From contig OZ038378.1 in assembly GCA_964036045.1 (NCBI GenBank), positions 137,888,001 to 137,952,000 of the forward strand: DNA of 64,000 nt. Direction: 5' to 3'. The position numbers and the translations under genes are program-made. The notes under the pieces were generated by a model. The model worked only from the letters and a program-made list of their open reading frames with translations. It did not search any database and was not told the DNA's origin. Source of the DNA: Eutreptiella sp. 'Long Island Sound 2002' (lineage: Eukaryota > Protista > Euglenida). Position 1 is the stretch's first letter; each line of letters starts with the position of its first letter. This document shows, in pieces, positions 61,105 through 64,000 of this stretch.

Positions 61105-61485
61105 GTGTGTCCGGAACCAGACACCAACTATTTGTGCCCCATCTAGTGCCCAGAAAAGTACCGTACCCGTCTGGAACCAGACAATTAATGGTTTTGCACC
61201 CATGTCATCTTCTCAAGTCAAGCTGTTGTGTCTGGAACCAGACAGACTGTGTTTTGTGCCCTCCATTGTCTGTAAGGTCATCTGGTTTGTTTCTGGAAAC
61301 GCTAGAATCACATTGGGTAGCCAGCTAAGTCGGAATTATACTGCATATGTGTCTAGGAACAGACAGTGACTGCTTATGCCCTGTCAATTGCCAGAACATT
61401 ACATGCTTGTTTGGAACCAGGCAATAAATTGTTTCGCTCCGGTTGCACACTCCAAAACCAAACTGTTGTGTGTGGAACCAGAAAC
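61105..61485. repeat. Element E motif array (TGTCTGGAACCAGACA palindrome, ~60 bp period)
   Basis: GGAACCAG-like cores at ~61113, 61173, 61234, 61294, 61356, 61413 and 61474. Other arrays at 58425-58685, 62565-62885 and 63920-63990. Confidence 0.88.
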
Positions 61486-61870
61486 ACTGTGTTTTTTACA
61501 CCCCTTTGTATTGCACATGATGTGGTCTGAGTGTGGAAACGGTATGCTCACGTCAGCAAGCCTGGAAAGTTGAAATCACATTGCCAAACGGCGCGCCCTT
61601 GTGTCATTTTGCGTCTTGCGCCCGGCTCGTGCCAACATGTCTGACCTTACGCAAGGTAGCATTGAACCCTCTACAGACCCCTCAATTGATCTGGCATCCC
61701 AATTCAGTGCCGTGCACGATGCCCCATCCAAGCACAAGCGGAAACGTAGTGACACATCAAAGGGGACAGATGGTCCAGTGAAACTTGGTGACCATACTGA
61801 AGACCAGGAGGTCCTGCTGCGCCTCAGCAGACTGTAATGGGACAAAAAAGGGGAGCATGGTCAAATCAGA

Positions 61871-62158
61871 GTGCTGGATGAAGATCTGGTCCAAGACAAG
61901 GTGACAGCGCTACACAGGAATCCACTAGGTGCAGCAAAAATCCGAATCATAGTGTGGCTTGACGCAGTGGGGCAGTACTGGATCTTATCGGGGCGGCATA
62001 TCGCCGAGGCCTGTCGACGCATCTCAAGGGAGTATATGAATGCCCATTTGGTAGTGCCAACATGGTCCGTGCATTTTCTTGCTCAAGTGGTTCGTACGGA
62101 TGTCCCTCTACACATACGGGAGTCAATCGCTGGCATGTCACAGGTATATCGACTGTGA
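61871..62158 (+). pseudogene. ParB/sulfiredoxin-like N-terminal domain (cargo of E)
   Basis: RVLDEDLVQ...NPL...IIVW...YWILSGRHIAEAC matches the ParB-N pattern YxIIxGxHRxxA. Confidence 0.5.
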
Positions 62159-62902
62159 CAGTGCGCTGCGACACTGCATGCCCACACCAGCGCACCAATG
62201 AAATATCCTGCGCCTGTGATGTCCATCTTGATCTGCCTCTTGTGCTGCGTGAATGGCCGCTTCGTCTGTGTTGGGGGGGGGGTAACTGCTGTGACCACCC
62301 GTCGCATCACAGGCTGTGCAGTTCGCCACGACCATGCCGAAGCTGTCTACACTGATGGAACTCCCGCGTGTTGAGCTTGACCGCGATGAACCGGAGGAGA
62401 AATCCATACGAGAACACCTGGGAGTGCTGTACGTGAAGGGTGGCTATACACTGAAGGAGGGGACACTGGTATGCCTGGTGTTGCACAGGGTGGCGGCACG
62501 GGAACTATGTGCACATGCGTCCCTGGCCATGAAAGTTGTTCCATGCAACAACGAAGGCTGTCTCAGTTGTCTGGAACCAAACACCTGATGTATTTCTACC
62601 ATCACCACACGTCCCATCCGTTCTGCTGCGTCTAGTACCAGACATTTAGCAGAATTCGATCATTCGCACACCAGACTGTGTCCTGTTTGTGTCTGGAACC
62701 AGACACAACTTTTTTTATCTCTGTCAAAGGGTGTGCTTGGACCTGCATGTCTGGAACCAGACAGCAACTCATTGATGCGGCCTGTCAAAGCAGAATTCCT
62801 CCTATTGTGTCTGGTACCAGACAGCACCTAATTATTGACAACCATGAGACGGAGATCAAGTCCCCTTGTGTCTGGAACCAGATAACAGTCTGATAGAACG
62901 CC

Positions 62903-63893
62903 TTGGCATTCGAAAATTGGCCACCACCGCTGTTCGCTATGCAGGAAACTGTCACGAAAGCCTGCTTTCCGAATGCCGCCTGGGTGCAAGTGATGGGGGA
63001 TAAGGCTGTAGCTGCTGTCGATGGATTGGAGAGGGGTGGATTGCCAGTAAAGTTGCACTTTCGGAAGTGCATCGAAGGCCTCATCCCACCAGACCTCGAG
63101 TAGGTTACGCAGTACCTGGGCTCCAGCAATGTCTCACTGCCAATGATTAAAAAAACGGCAAAGCAACTGAAGGCGTCACGTCCGTGGGAACATCATCTCT
63201 GCCCCCCGGACAACGACTTGGTTGACCCCAGTCGCCAAATGCCCGGAGAACGGGTGCTATGAACAGAGTCTATTGTCAAAGACCCATGTCACCTTCAAGA
63301 CGTACAATTGGAAGTGGTTTGAGCAGAATCGCTGGCCCCCATGGAAGTATATCGTCACTGCTGCAATCTTGAGTGACCCCACATATGCTCCCCTCCGTGA
63401 TGCCCTTAAACGTCCCCTTGTGAACCCTGAGGTCAAGATCGCTGCTGATGTCAACTTCATCACCGTAAATATTGGGTCTGAGGCTCCAGAGGCTGGGTTG
63501 ACTGACAGCAAGTCCCTGGATGGGGTCATGCATATCACTGGGATGGCATCTGGTACTCCGCTGAACTCTACGGTGGCCAACATGCCGTATTGCATGATCA
63601 TTGTTGAAGTTCCAAAGGGACATATAGAAGGCATCCATTCCAATGTCAGTCGCAATTTGGTGTCTGGGACGCTTGTTCTCATTGTTGGCTCGGCTTGTGA
63701 CGTCGTGGGAGTGGTTGATGGTCTCCGAAAGTTGCACGACAACGAGGGGTTGACAACAATTCGCGTGGCCTGCTTTATTCTGGATCTCTCACACAGTAAT
63801 AGTCGATGGGATTCACTGAGCTATGCATTTTTCCCAAAAATCCGCTGCCCAATATTGCTGTCAGCTGTTGCTACCTGCTGCCTGCTACCATAG
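62903..63893 (+). pseudogene. Cargo ORF of E; C-terminal part weakly Rossmann/methyltransferase-like
   Basis: ORF 63222-63893 contains CMIIVEVPK...VSRNLVSGTLVLIVG, loosely resembling DLIxxDPPY...RxLKxGGxxV. Confidence 0.3.
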
Positions 63894-64000
63894 TCACGTT
63901 GTGTGCACCGTTAAATCCTAAAGTTTGTCTAGAACCAGACACATACGAGGCAGAAGGGTAAATTGTGAGAAAGTGTCTGGAACCAGTGACATCGGCCAGT

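Larger units (their letters stand above)
58392..64000 (+). mobile_element. Element E: multi-gene DNA transposon, right end outside window
   Basis: Starts CCACCTATGTACCCTTC, versus element A terminus CCACCATGTACCCTTC. Palindromic motif arrays separate the ORFs. Confidence 0.55.

Noticed and set aside
61105-62885. CRISPR-like appearance of palindromic repeats with ~42 bp spacers
   Set aside because: Repeats are short and degenerate, spacers retain mutual similarity, no cas genes are present, and the arrays sit inside a eukaryotic transposon.
1-64000. Most short ORFs in the track, including nearly all minus-strand ones
   Set aside because: They are antisense or alternative frames of GC-rich element genes, with no recognisable motifs.

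Overview
Eukaryotic, GC-rich, repeat-saturated DNA with canonical GT-AG splice signals. The organism cannot be determined from sequence, and no host housekeeping gene, rRNA, tRNA or cas gene was recognised. The window is a stack of nested, mostly decayed mobile elements (my labels A-F). (1) Four copies of three related RAG1/Transib/Chapaev-like DDE transposons: A1 (1-12721, left end outside the window), C (~18280-36545), and A2 (23890-30163) and B (30185-34711), both inserted into the transposase gene of C, 21 bp apart. (2) A full-length 8.27 kb non-LTR retrotransposon (981-9251; APE-RT-RNase H-CCHC, 15 bp TSD, ACCAA tail) inside A1. (3) A piggyBac-like element with a spliced cargo gene (~12722-17066). 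(4) Gypsy-type remnants, a probable tyrosine-recombinase remnant and a gag-protease-Dam-like fragment (36.6-51 kb). (5) A ~1.17 kb tandem array inside a TIR-bounded element F (51-58 kb). (6) A further DDE-like element E (58392 to the window end) with ParB-like and possibly methyltransferase-like cargo. The best candidate for an undescribed system: A and C share a three-gene layout (PhyH-like 2OG-Fe(II) dioxygenase, then an unknown domain plus coiled coil, then the transposase). In every multi-gene DNA element here, each gene is bracketed by arrays of a short element-specific, often palindromic motif. This resembles a sequence-specific anti-silencing design, but that function is inferred. Element B additionally carries RTX calcium-binding nonapeptide repeats. 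All protein assignments come from manual motif reading, not database searches.
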